This document shows positions 8,528 through 17,060 of a stretch of DNA of 64,000 bases, piece after piece (position 1 is the first letter of the stretch; each line of letters begins with the position of its first letter). The DNA comes from Candidatus Nealsonbacteria bacterium DGGOD1a (GTDB lineage Bacteria; Patescibacteriota; Minisyncoccia; Minisyncoccales; UBA5738), in contig CP092821.1 in NCBI GenBank assembly GCA_022530585.1, forward strand, positions 521,525 to 585,524, read 5' to 3'. The translations under genes were made by a program, and so were the position numbers. A model generated the notes under the pieces. It had not been told where the DNA came from. It saw nothing but the letters and a program-made list of their open reading frames with translations, and made no database searches.

Positions 8528-10582
8528 CTACATTGCCCGGTGGATTGCAGCGATCTTGTCGCGCAAGAGTTGGCGCGGGTCGCGCTTGGGATCGATGATT
8601 TGGGTTTTAACCACCCAAGCCACGCATATTAGCGCAACCAGCAATCCGATACCCAGTCCGATCATCATATTGCCGTCAAAACCGGTTGAAATCATGGTGG
8701 CCCCCATAACCGCGCGGCGGTTCACTATTACCATGGCGTTGGAATTGGCGGATTTGCCGTCAACTGTGACCGTGGCCACATTATTAAGAGTGGTTTGACC
8801 GTAGATAAAGTTGGCTTCGTTGGCCACGGTGGCCGTGTAGGCGATCGTTTTGGTTTGGCCATTGGTGATGGTTCCCAGATTGATACCCGAGACTAAATTG
8901 CCGCTTGCGGCATAGCCGTCAACTTGCAGGTCGCGAATGTTGGTAATGCCCGCGGGAACCGCGTCGGTAACCGTGACATTATTGGTCGTGCCGCCAACGC
9001 CGGTAACCGTGATGCGGTAGGCGACGATGTTTAACGGATTGGCCGATACCGTGCCTTGATAGCCGCCGCCCAAAGACAGATTGCTCACGGTCTTGGTGAT
9101 ATTCACATTGCCGGTTTGCGTCTGCCCGCATTGTTCCGCGCGCACGATTTCCGTGTCCGTGGCGGTGCGGTTTCCTTGTTCCACCCGCACTCGCGCGGTG
9201 TAGGAACCGACATTGCGATAATCGCACAAGTTGGTCGCGGTGTAGGAAGTGTTGCTCGTGGTGATGGTTTTGTCCCAACTGCCGTCGTTTTCGCAGTCAA
9301 AATAATAGGTGTAGTCGCGGTTGTAGCTGTCACTGCCGTAATTGGAAATCGTGGCGGTCAGATCAACATCGTATAGCGGGGCGCAATCGGATTTGGGCCG
9401 CGCGGTCAGAGCGACATTAAAATCCGTTGTCTGATGCTCGACATCGATTCGCACGCTGTCGGAATCCGAACCGCATTCGTTTCTGGCGGTCAAGGTGCAG
9501 GTATAGGTGCGGTCGTAATCATAGTCGGAGTCATAGTTGAACGGCGGACGGAATGTCGGGCGCAAAATATTGTAGTCCGACAAACTGCCGCCGGTGCAAT
9601 GCCAGGAAAGGCTGTCGTAATCGCCATCCACCGAACCGTCCAAGCGCACGGATTCATCGCCGTCCACATCTTTGTCCGAACCGGCGTTGACTTCCAACGG
9701 ATCGTCGCTGCCGTCCAAAGTCACGCTGTCGAAAGCGCTGGCGTTGCCGTTGTAACAAGTCAAGATGAAAGTCCTCGATCCGGTGAAATCGCCCACGGAT
9801 TCCGATCCGGAAGTTAGTTTGCTTCCCGACCACGAACCCGAAGCGCTGCAAGAAGTGGCGTTGGTTGATGTCCAAGTCAAAGTCGCGTTCTTGTTGCAGG
9901 TTACCGAACCGCTGGAGCGCAAATCAACCGTGGGCGTGTTGTAGCCGCAATCTTGCGGGCAAGACGATTGGGTTTCGCCGCACTCGCAGCTGTCGTCGCC
10001 GCAACGATAGCATTGCGCGTCGCAGGTTTGCCAGCTTTCCCAAACGGTGCATTGGCCACTTTGGACGCAGGTTCTGCCCGAAGATCCGGAACATTCGTGC
10101 TGTCCCAAAGCGCATTCGTTCTGGCACATAACACAAAGCGGGCTGTGGGTAAGTTCGCCCAAAGGAACGATTGTAGTATAATAATCGTATAAATTATCGT
10201 ATAATTTATAAACCACGCCGCCGCGAAAAACATCAACTTGAGTCATACAATCCGCAGTGTCAATTGAAATAATTCGGGTTTCGCCGGGGTTCAATATCAC
10301 AGTCTCATAATCAAGCAATGTTTGCGTATCAAGCCAGCCGGAAACTTCATATGGTTGCCGATAGACTTTATATGACGCTACGGTTGCTTGGGCGGCGCAA
10401 CTGGCGATATTTGTTACGGACACAGTTGCCGGTTGTCCGCCCCCGCCAAGGTTAATCAGCTTAGCCGTAATTCCTTGATTGCAATATTCAGCCTTAATAG
10501 GCAACGCGGTGAAAGTCGCGGCCAAAAAAATCATAAAAACAAAGGATAAGGATAAGATTAATAATTTATTAATTTTATTCAT
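8528..10582 (-). CDS. Large secreted surface protein, paralog 2 (divergent head and tail, identical central cassette)
   Basis: Start placed at MNKINKLLILSL. Central 833 bp (9172-10004) is identical to 6686-7518. Head and C-terminal DUF11-like/TM region are diverged. Confidence 0.8.
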   Translation of the reverse strand: MNKINKLLILSLSFVFMIFLAATFTALPIKAEYCNQGITAKLINLGGGGQPATVSVTNIASCAAQATVASYKVYRQPYEVSGWLDTQTLLDYETVILNPGETRIISIDTADCMTQVDVFRGGVVYKLYDNLYDYYTTIVPLGELTHSPLCVMCQNECALGQHECSGSSGRTCVQSGQCTVWESWQTCDAQCYRCGDDSCECGETQSSCPQDCGYNTPTVDLRSSGSVTCNKNATLTWTSTNATSCSASGSWSGSKLTSGSESVGDFTGSRTFILTCYNGNASAFDSVTLDGSDDPLEVNAGSDKDVDGDESVRLDGSVDGDYDSLSWHCTGGSLSDYNILRPTFRPPFNYDSDYDYDRTYTCTLTARNECGSDSDSVRIDVEHQTTDFNVALTARPKSDCAPLYDVDLTATISNYGSDSYNRDYTYYFDCENDGSWDKTITTSNTSYTATNLCDYRNVGSYTARVRVEQGNRTATDTEIVRAEQCGQTQTGNVNITKTVSNLSLGGGYQGTVSANPLNIVAYRITVTGVGGTTNNVTVTDAVPAGITNIRDLQVDGYAASGNLVSGINLGTITNGQTKTIAYTATVANEANFIYGQTTLNNVATVTVDGKSANSNAMVIVNRRAVMGATMISTGFDGNMMIGLGIGLLVALICVAWVVKTQIIDPKRDPRQLLRDKIAAIHRAM

Positions 10583-10665
10583 ATTATTTTGATTATTTTT
10601 ACGCGTTAAAATCATTGTATTGAAATTTTTCATTAAATCAATAGTCTTATTATGTTATGCAAAAA

Positions 10666-10694
10666 ATTATATCAGAAGAATAACAATTTGTCAA
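10666..10694 (-). promoter_or_regulatory. Consensus promoter of paralog 2 (TTGACA-17-TATAAT)
   Basis: Minus strand TTGACA (10694-10689), 17-nt spacer, TATAAT (10671-10666). Confidence 0.7.
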
Positions 10695-10699
10695 TATAA

Positions 10700-11310
10700 A
10701 CCAATAGGGTGTAAATGACCCTGCGGCAAGACCGCAGGGCGTTCGCAGCTACAATTCAAACAATCGTAACTGGCTCACATCTTTTGGTCTGCCTTGGTTT
10801 TGAATGTATCGCTCAATAACTTTCCTATTACCGCGTGCGCTGATCGTAGCGATATAATAGCCGTCTGTCCAGAACTCTCCACCCCAGAGTTCTTTTTTAA
10901 TTTCGGGAACTTGCCGGAACACCTCGCGCGCGGTAATGCTTTTTATTATTTTGATAACCTGGCCGCCGGAATACTTCGGCAGGAATCTTGCCAGAATATG
11001 GGCGTGGTCTTGGTCGAATCCCACATGGCTGATCTCAATGGCGTACCGTTCCATAAATCCTTTCAGGCTCTCGACAATTGCGGCAATCACCTTTTCGTTC
11101 AGTAATGCTTTGCGATATTTGACCGTAATCTGGATGTGGTAATAACATTCGGAAACATTGTGGTACCAACGCCAGATATCCCGCTTTTCTTGCTCCATAT
11201 TGGCTTATTGTAACACGGACGCGCTTTCGCGCGTGATGGTAGGGGGATATCCCCCTACCAAACCACCCCCTTAAGTTGTTCCCTGCGGCAAGACCGACAG
11301 GGTGAAAACA
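10700..11310 (-). mobile_element. IS200/IS605-family element (tnpA only), approximate limits
   Basis: tnpA is flanked by near-identical hairpins ccctgcggcaagaccgcaggg (10719-10739) and ccctgcggcaagaccgacaggg (11281-11301), plus the palindrome ggtagggggatatccccctacc (11238-11259). Confidence 0.65.
10749..11198 (-). CDS. tnpA: IS200/IS605 family Y1 (HUH) transposase TnpA
   Basis: 149 aa. YHIQITVKYRK, HAHIL (HUH-type) and WTDGYYIATI (catalytic Tyr region) motifs. Confidence 0.85.
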   Translation of the reverse strand: MEQEKRDIWRWYHNVSECYYHIQITVKYRKALLNEKVIAAIVESLKGFMERYAIEISHVGFDQDHAHILARFLPKYSGGQVIKIIKSITAREVFRQVPEIKKELWGGEFWTDGYYIATISARGNRKVIERYIQNQGRPKDVSQLRLFEL

Positions 11311-11513
11311 TTATTTAAATTATAACCCATGCTATAATAAATTAGCATTATGCTTTATTAAGACTGGCGGACACCGGTAATCGTTCGCCGGGAATACTCA
11401 AATAAGGGTTCTTCTAAGAAATATCAAGACCAAACCTCGACAAATTCGCCTTGACATCCTGTTTAAACAAAAAACTCTCCGAAATCACTTATCAAAGTTT
11501 CGCGAGAGTAAAT

Positions 11514-12242
11514 TTATTTTCCGCTGATTGTCGCTTCCACGGCAATCCGTTTCAAATCCTTGCCGGGCGGCCAACAACTGACCAGCATCAATGAATTGCC
11601 CATGACCGTGGGATCGGGTACGCCCGCTTGCGGAGCGACGACGCGCGTTTTTACCACATGGTAATAGCGGGTTTCAAAGTTATAGGTAACCACCACCATA
11701 TCTCCTTTTTTGAGATCGCCCAGTTTGCTGAAAACCCAGTCGTATTTGATTTTTGGCCAGCCCGTAGGCGCGCTATGTCCAAGAATTACGGTTTGGCCGG
11801 CTTGACCGAACGGCACGGATCCCGGATACAATACTACCCCGGAATCAAGCAAGCCGCGGATCACATCGTTATTGTTTGTTTGCGCCGTAATTATCGGCGC
11901 GGTGATATTGATCGCGGGAATAGTAATCATATCGCGCCGTTCCGTCACCGGAGTTACCCGCTGTTCCGTTGTTGTCCCGTTGTTTTTTTGTGATGATTCC
12001 AAAGGAACGGTTTTGGCTCCGGCACCGGTATTTTCAACGGTTGTTTTTTTAACCGCCATCACATATGGTTTTGGAAAATATTGCGGAAACGCGTCCGAAA
12101 CAATCTGGCGCCAAACTTCGCCATTGGCAATCCATGAGATATTGCTCCAAAACAGCGTCATCCCAACAAGAACCAGCAACAGTAAAACCGGCAGCCAAAA
12201 CTGTCCGAAGTTTTTTTTCAATTTCGTTTTATTTTTTCCCAT
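11514..12242 (-). CDS. Sortase family transpeptidase (class E/D-like)
   Basis: N-terminal TM. TVILGHS (His), LMLVSCWP (Cys) and KRIAVEA (Arg) catalytic-triad context. Confidence 0.8.
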   Translation of the reverse strand: MGKNKTKLKKNFGQFWLPVLLLLVLVGMTLFWSNISWIANGEVWRQIVSDAFPQYFPKPYVMAVKKTTVENTGAGAKTVPLESSQKNNGTTTEQRVTPVTERRDMITIPAINITAPIITAQTNNNDVIRGLLDSGVVLYPGSVPFGQAGQTVILGHSAPTGWPKIKYDWVFSKLGDLKKGDMVVVTYNFETRYYHVVKTRVVAPQAGVPDPTVMGNSLMLVSCWPPGKDLKRIAVEATISGK

Positions 12243-12257
12243 ACCGGAACATTCAAA

Positions 12258-13241
12258 TCACTGAATTAATAAATTGTGCGGAATGAGCGCGGCAATCAAA
12301 CTTTGGTCCAATAACGCGAAAATACCCATTACCGCGATAAAACCAAAAGCTTTCAACAGCAAATCCGTATGATCGATATCGGCTTTCAACGCGAAATTAA
12401 GAAGCAACAAAACAATAACGAAAATCAGCAAACCGTAAATAAGGGCTTGTAGTATAGAAAAGTATTTTTCGGCAAAAAACAATACGGCTTTGAATTCCGC
12501 GGAATTGCGATCCGGCCGGGTTTCGCTGGCGATTCCCAGAACGCCGGTTTGCTTGGTTTGCGAATTGTTTTGTCCGTCTATTTCGCCCGAATTCGCGGAA
12601 GCCGCGGTTGCCGCCGCGTTTGTTTGAGTGTTTTTGCCGGCCAGAACATTGGCTTGCTTGGTTCCAAAAAGTTGAACCACGATCGTGGCGGGATTGCCTT
12701 GAAAATTCGCTTTCAAAACCGCGATGCCGATTTCTTTGTATTTGTTGTTGATGATATTGGCCTTATGGGTCGGTGAAGCGGTCCACGCGTCTTGCACTTC
12801 GTTTGATTCAAGAAAACCGATGGCCAAATTTTCTCCCGCGTATTTATAATTGTAACCGGCTTGGCCGAACCAGTGCCAAGGGCTGACTCCGGAGGGGCTG
12901 AAATGGTTAAAATAACCGTTTTTTTCCATATCGAGAGCTTTCATATAAGCCGCGTTGTTCAGGTCGCTGTTTTCGGTCAGCGCGGCCAGATTGTGTTTGG
13001 CCCGTTCGACATTCGCCAGTTCGACAAGGGAGGTTTTGGTAATGTCGGCATAGAACTGGTTATTCGGAAACGAATAAAGAAAAAGCGCGAATCCCGCTTT
13101 GAGCGTGACCGCCGCGACAAAGAAAACAAACAGGGTTTTGCCGGTGAATATCCGGGCGCGGTAATTGTTTTCTTCACAGGGTAAAAAAAATTTTCGCGCG
13201 CCGGATTTAAAACGCGCAACAATACGCTTTAATAATGCCAT
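12258..13241 (-). CDS. CAP (SCP/PR1/YkwD-like) domain membrane protein
   Basis: GYFNHFSPSG, AGENLA and WTASPTHKANIINNKYKEIGIAV motifs. N- and C-terminal TM segments. Confidence 0.75.
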   Translation of the reverse strand: MALLKRIVARFKSGARKFFLPCEENNYRARIFTGKTLFVFFVAAVTLKAGFALFLYSFPNNQFYADITKTSLVELANVERAKHNLAALTENSDLNNAAYMKALDMEKNGYFNHFSPSGVSPWHWFGQAGYNYKYAGENLAIGFLESNEVQDAWTASPTHKANIINNKYKEIGIAVLKANFQGNPATIVVQLFGTKQANVLAGKNTQTNAAATAASANSGEIDGQNNSQTKQTGVLGIASETRPDRNSAEFKAVLFFAEKYFSILQALIYGLLIFVIVLLLLNFALKADIDHTDLLLKAFGFIAVMGIFALLDQSLIAALIPHNLLIQ

Positions 13242-13254
13242 AGGCCGTATTTAA

Positions 13255-13375
13255 TTCTTTTTATACTTCGTCAGCTTGCCACGGAGAACAAAAAGAATGA
13301 GGAGTTCTTAACAAAGCTCAAGTGATCTTGGAGAAAACATCTTCCGATTGCGGCGGGGTCAATGCCCCGACGCAA
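13255..13375 (-). repeat. Structured intergenic repeat family, copy 2
   Basis: The reverse complement aligns with 2830-2948 (ggggcattgacccc hairpin, ..ctcctcattctttttg..gcaagctgacg..aaaaagaat). Confidence 0.65.
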
Positions 13376-13493
13376 GAACCTAATTTATTGCGTTTAATTA
13401 TTATACATCCATATGCCGCTTAAGCAAAACAAAACGCGGTCTGCCACCGCGTTTTGCCAAGATGATCTCGCACAGGCTGCGAAATCGCGATAC

Positions 13494-14192
13494 CTAAAAT
13501 GTAAAAAGATTCTTGAAAAAATCACCTATCGATTGCCAGAAGCCTTTCTTCGCGGGTTCCTGGGCCTTGTTGGCTGCCGGAGCCGTTGAAACGCTCTGGC
13601 CATTTGAATCTTCCAAAGAAGATTGTCCCTCGTAATTTGTTTGTACGCTCCCTAAATTCGCGGTTGCGGTTTGGTCGGCGGCTTGTTTCGCGGCAAGTTC
13701 CTGGTTGAGTTCATTGATCTGCTGCTTTATTTTGGCGATTTGCGCCTCGACCGTTCCGTTGCCGATATTGCTTGCTTTCGATTGCGTTTCCACCCGGATA
13801 TCTGTTCCCGCATACTTTTGTTGATTCGTTATCTGATAATCCAAATCCGCGGTTTTTTGCCGGATATCGCGCAAAATCACGAATACCTGAACTTCAATTC
13901 TCAAACGCGCCGTCTCCGCGGCGATAATATCTGTCTGAGATTTGATGTAATCCAGCTGGCTTTGCGTTAGCGTATGCGATACTGGCACAGGCGCCGTCGC
14001 TAATGGCTGGATTCGCGCGCTCTGCAATTGAATCGCGAGGTCATTTACTTTCTGCTGTATTTGCCGAATCAGCACGGAAGCGTCATTGATCGATACGGAT
14101 GACGGATTTCCCGCCGCTGACACATTTCCTCCCAAGAGCAAGCCCATGGCCGCGATCAGCAACAATGAGAATGTTTTAGCTTTTGTTTGCAT
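13494..14192 (-). CDS. Secreted coiled-coil protein, hypothetical
   Basis: Signal peptide MQTKAKTFSLLLIAAMGLLLGGNVSAAG, then Q/A/I-rich heptad-like sequence. No family recognised. Confidence 0.55.
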   Translation of the reverse strand: MQTKAKTFSLLLIAAMGLLLGGNVSAAGNPSSVSINDASVLIRQIQQKVNDLAIQLQSARIQPLATAPVPVSHTLTQSQLDYIKSQTDIIAAETARLRIEVQVFVILRDIRQKTADLDYQITNQQKYAGTDIRVETQSKASNIGNGTVEAQIAKIKQQINELNQELAAKQAADQTATANLGSVQTNYEGQSSLEDSNGQSVSTAPAANKAQEPAKKGFWQSIGDFFKNLFTF

Positions 14193-14396
14193 ATTATCTT
14201 TAAGAATTGGTATTGCGCTTGGCACACATTATTTTTTGTCGACCGGCCGCGATCAATCGCGGTTAATCAATAATAGCAGATTATGTCCGATATATGCAAC
14301 AGTAACCGTTTTTACACCGATATCAAAAGATTTTTGAGATAGTTCCAATACGGCATTAAAAACCAGAAAAAAATATTACAACATCAAGACCTTTAT

Positions 14397-14456
14397 GAAA
14401 AAAGCTGTTCTAGTACCCGGTTAGGGAGGAAAAATTAACCGGGCACCAGAACAGCT
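14397..14456 (-). terminator. Strong orphan intrinsic terminator on the minus strand (21-bp stem, loop AUUUUUCCUCCC, U-run)
   Basis: Arms 14403-14423 and 14436-14456. The two A.C mismatches on plus become G.U on the minus strand. Followed on minus by TTTTT. Confidence 0.65.
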
Positions 14457-14546
14457 CTCCAAGAATTTGGTCTTAACTATACATTTGTCCTAGGACACAA
14501 TATCAATAATAAGTTTTATTCCATTTCCATAGCTTTGTCAATGGTA

Positions 14547-14575
14547 TTGACAAATTATTATTCTTCTGATATAAT
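14547..14575 (+). promoter_or_regulatory. Consensus promoter of paralog 3 (TTGACA-17-TATAAT)
   Basis: TTGACA 14547-14552, 17-nt spacer, TATAAT 14570-14575. The downstream leader is near-identical to that of paralog 2. Confidence 0.7.
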
Positions 14576-14656
14576 TTGGAATAATATAATTAAGACTATT
14601 GATTTAATGAAAAATTTCAATACAATGATTTTAACGCGTAAAAATAATCAAAAAAT

Positions 14657-16879
14657 ATGAATAAATTGTATCTTGCCTGTTTGGGTGTTTGCGTTTCTTT
14701 GGCGTTCTTTGCGGTGATGCCGCAAACAATATCCGCGGAAAATTGCAAGAACAATGTTTGCGCCACACTGATCACCACGGGCGGCAACGGTCAGCCGGCT
14801 TCGGCCAAGATCGAAAATAAAGGCTCGGTCACGACAGAAGTCGCTTTTTATACCTACAAAGTCTTTGTCCAGCCGTTCAATGAAGGATGGGGAGACCAAG
14901 AATTGTACCAATACAAGATAGTTACTTTGGCGCCCGGAGAGAAGAAAACCGTTTCCATCAACAACCCTGATTGTATGGCCCAATTCGATGTTCATGTCGG
15001 TTATCCGGAACAAAGCGAGCAAACCATTCTCATCGGTGATTTTAATAACAATACCAATCTATGTATCAGAATTCCCGTGACTGTTTCGGGAAGAGTGACC
15101 AAATGCGGCCAAGGAGTTTCGGGCGCGGCTATAGAAACTTGCACCGGAAGCACAGTTTATACTGATTCCAACGGTTATTGGTCAATTTCAACATTTAAAG
15201 GCAAAGGGTATTGCGCGCGCGTTTCGCTTGCAGGTGTGAAAGGAATCAACAATAATTCCTGCAATCCAAATAATGTCAGTTATGAATGGCAAATTGCCGG
15301 TGAAAACAGATTTATCGGATGTAATGCCTCCGAATGGAATAAGTACGACAGAAGTTCGGACAGCAATGTTGATTTTGTGGTAGATTACTCTTGCGGCGAC
15401 GACAGCTGCGAGTGCGGCGAAACCCAATCGTCTTGCCCGCAAGATTGCGGCTACAACACGCCCACGGTTGATTTGCGCTCCAGCGGTTCGGTAACCTGCA
15501 ACAAGAACGCGACTTTGACTTGGACATCAACCAACGCCACTTCTTGCAGCGCTTCGGGTTCGTGGTCGGGAAGCAAACTAACTTCCGGATCGGAATCCGT
15601 GGGCGATTTCACCGGATCGAGGACTTTCATCTTGACTTGTTACAACGGCAACGCCAGCGCTTTCGACAGCGTGACTTTGGACGGCAGCGACGATCCGTTG
15701 GAAGTCAACGCCGGTTCGGACAAAGATGTGGACGGCGATGAATCCGTGCGCTTGGACGGTTCGGTGGATGGCGATTACGACAGCCTTTCCTGGCATTGCA
15801 CCGGCGGCAGTTTGTCGGACTACAATATTTTGCGCCCGACATTCCGTCCGCCGTTCAACTATGACTCCGACTATGATTACGACCGCACCTATACCTGCAC
15901 CTTGACCGCCAGAAACGAATGCGGTTCGGATTCCGACAGCGTGCGAATCGATGTCGAGCATCAGACAACGGATTTTAATGTCGCTCTGACCGCGCGGCCC
16001 AAATCCGATTGCGCCCCGCTATACGATGTTGATCTGACCGCCACGATTTCCAATTACGGCAGTGACAGCTACAACCGCGACTACACCTATTATTTTGACT
16101 GCGAAAACGACGGCAGTTGGGACAAAACCATCACCACGAGCAACACTTCCTACACCGCGACCAACTTGTGCGATTATCGCAATGTCGGTTCCTACACCGC
16201 GCGAGTGCGGGTGGAACAAGGAAGCCGCACCGCCACGGACACGGAAATCGTGCGCGCGGAACAATGCGGACAGACGCAAACCGGCAATGTGAGTATCACC
16301 AAGACCGTGAGCAATGTTTCCCGCGGCACCGGCTATCAAGGAACCGTAACCGCCAATCCGCTGGATATTGTTTCTTACAAAATTATTGTTGGCGGAGTTT
16401 CGGGGAATTCCGAAAATGTGCGCGTGAGCGACGCGGTTCCCGCGGGCATTACCAATATCCGCGACCTGCAAGTTGACGGCTATGCCGCAAGCGGCAATTC
16501 GTTAAATGACATCAATTTAGGATCATTCTTCGCCGGGCAAACCAAGATCATCACCTACACGGCCACAATCGCGGATGAAAGCAATTTCATTTACGGCCAA
16601 ACCACATTGAACAATGTAGCCACGGTCTACGCGGGCAATAATTCGGCCAATTCCAACGCTTCGGTCTATGTTTACCGCCGCGGCATTCAAGGCGCCACCA
16701 CGATCTCAACCGGTTTTGACGGCAATATGATGATCGGACTGGGTATCGCTTTTGCCGGCATAATCCTGTGCTTGGGATGGCTGTTCAGAAAACGGATTGC
16801 CGGTTTCTTCAAAAACGACCCCCGCAAAGCTCTGCGCGAAAAGATCGCTTTTGTCAAAGAAAACGGTCTGGCGCGATAA
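14657..16879 (+). CDS. Large secreted surface protein, paralog 3 (own head with CarboxypepD_reg-like insert; tail identical to paralog 1)
   Basis: Signal peptide MNKLYLACLGVCVSLAFFAV. Head contains VTVSGRVTKCGQGVSGAAIE..TDSNGYWSI. From SCGDDSCECGETQ to the end it is identical to paralog 1. Confidence 0.8.
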   Translation: MNKLYLACLGVCVSLAFFAVMPQTISAENCKNNVCATLITTGGNGQPASAKIENKGSVTTEVAFYTYKVFVQPFNEGWGDQELYQYKIVTLAPGEKKTVSINNPDCMAQFDVHVGYPEQSEQTILIGDFNNNTNLCIRIPVTVSGRVTKCGQGVSGAAIETCTGSTVYTDSNGYWSISTFKGKGYCARVSLAGVKGINNNSCNPNNVSYEWQIAGENRFIGCNASEWNKYDRSSDSNVDFVVDYSCGDDSCECGETQSSCPQDCGYNTPTVDLRSSGSVTCNKNATLTWTSTNATSCSASGSWSGSKLTSGSESVGDFTGSRTFILTCYNGNASAFDSVTLDGSDDPLEVNAGSDKDVDGDESVRLDGSVDGDYDSLSWHCTGGSLSDYNILRPTFRPPFNYDSDYDYDRTYTCTLTARNECGSDSDSVRIDVEHQTTDFNVALTARPKSDCAPLYDVDLTATISNYGSDSYNRDYTYYFDCENDGSWDKTITTSNTSYTATNLCDYRNVGSYTARVRVEQGSRTATDTEIVRAEQCGQTQTGNVSITKTVSNVSRGTGYQGTVTANPLDIVSYKIIVGGVSGNSENVRVSDAVPAGITNIRDLQVDGYAASGNSLNDINLGSFFAGQTKIITYTATIADESNFIYGQTTLNNVATVYAGNNSANSNASVYVYRRGIQGATTISTGFDGNMMIGLGIAFAGIILCLGWLFRKRIAGFFKNDPRKALREKIAFVKENGLAR

Positions 16880-16926
16880 TCTTTGCGCGCAAAACCCCTC
16901 TCGCGAGGGGTTTTGTTTTTGCCGCG
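15385..16926. repeat. 1,542-bp perfect inverted repeat, right copy
   Basis: Reverse complement of 5983-7524, including the stop codon and terminator hairpin (16891-16914). Confidence 0.85.
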
Positions 16927-16971
16927 GTTGAAATTTTATTCCAAAACTGCTAACTTATACTTGTAAATATC

Positions 16972-17043
16972 GGACGATTAGCTCAGCGGTAGAGCGTTCC
17001 GTTCACATCGGAGAGGCCACAGGTTCGAGCCCTGTATCGTCCA
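16972..17043 (+). tRNA. tRNA-Val (anticodon CAC)
   Basis: Manual cloverleaf: acceptor GGACGAT/ATCGTCC, D arm GCTC..GAGC, anticodon stem TTCCG/CGGAG with loop TTCACAT, T arm ACAGG-TTCGAGC-CCTGT. CCA is not encoded. Confidence 0.85.
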
Positions 17044-17060
17044 CAAACTTTAAATTATAT

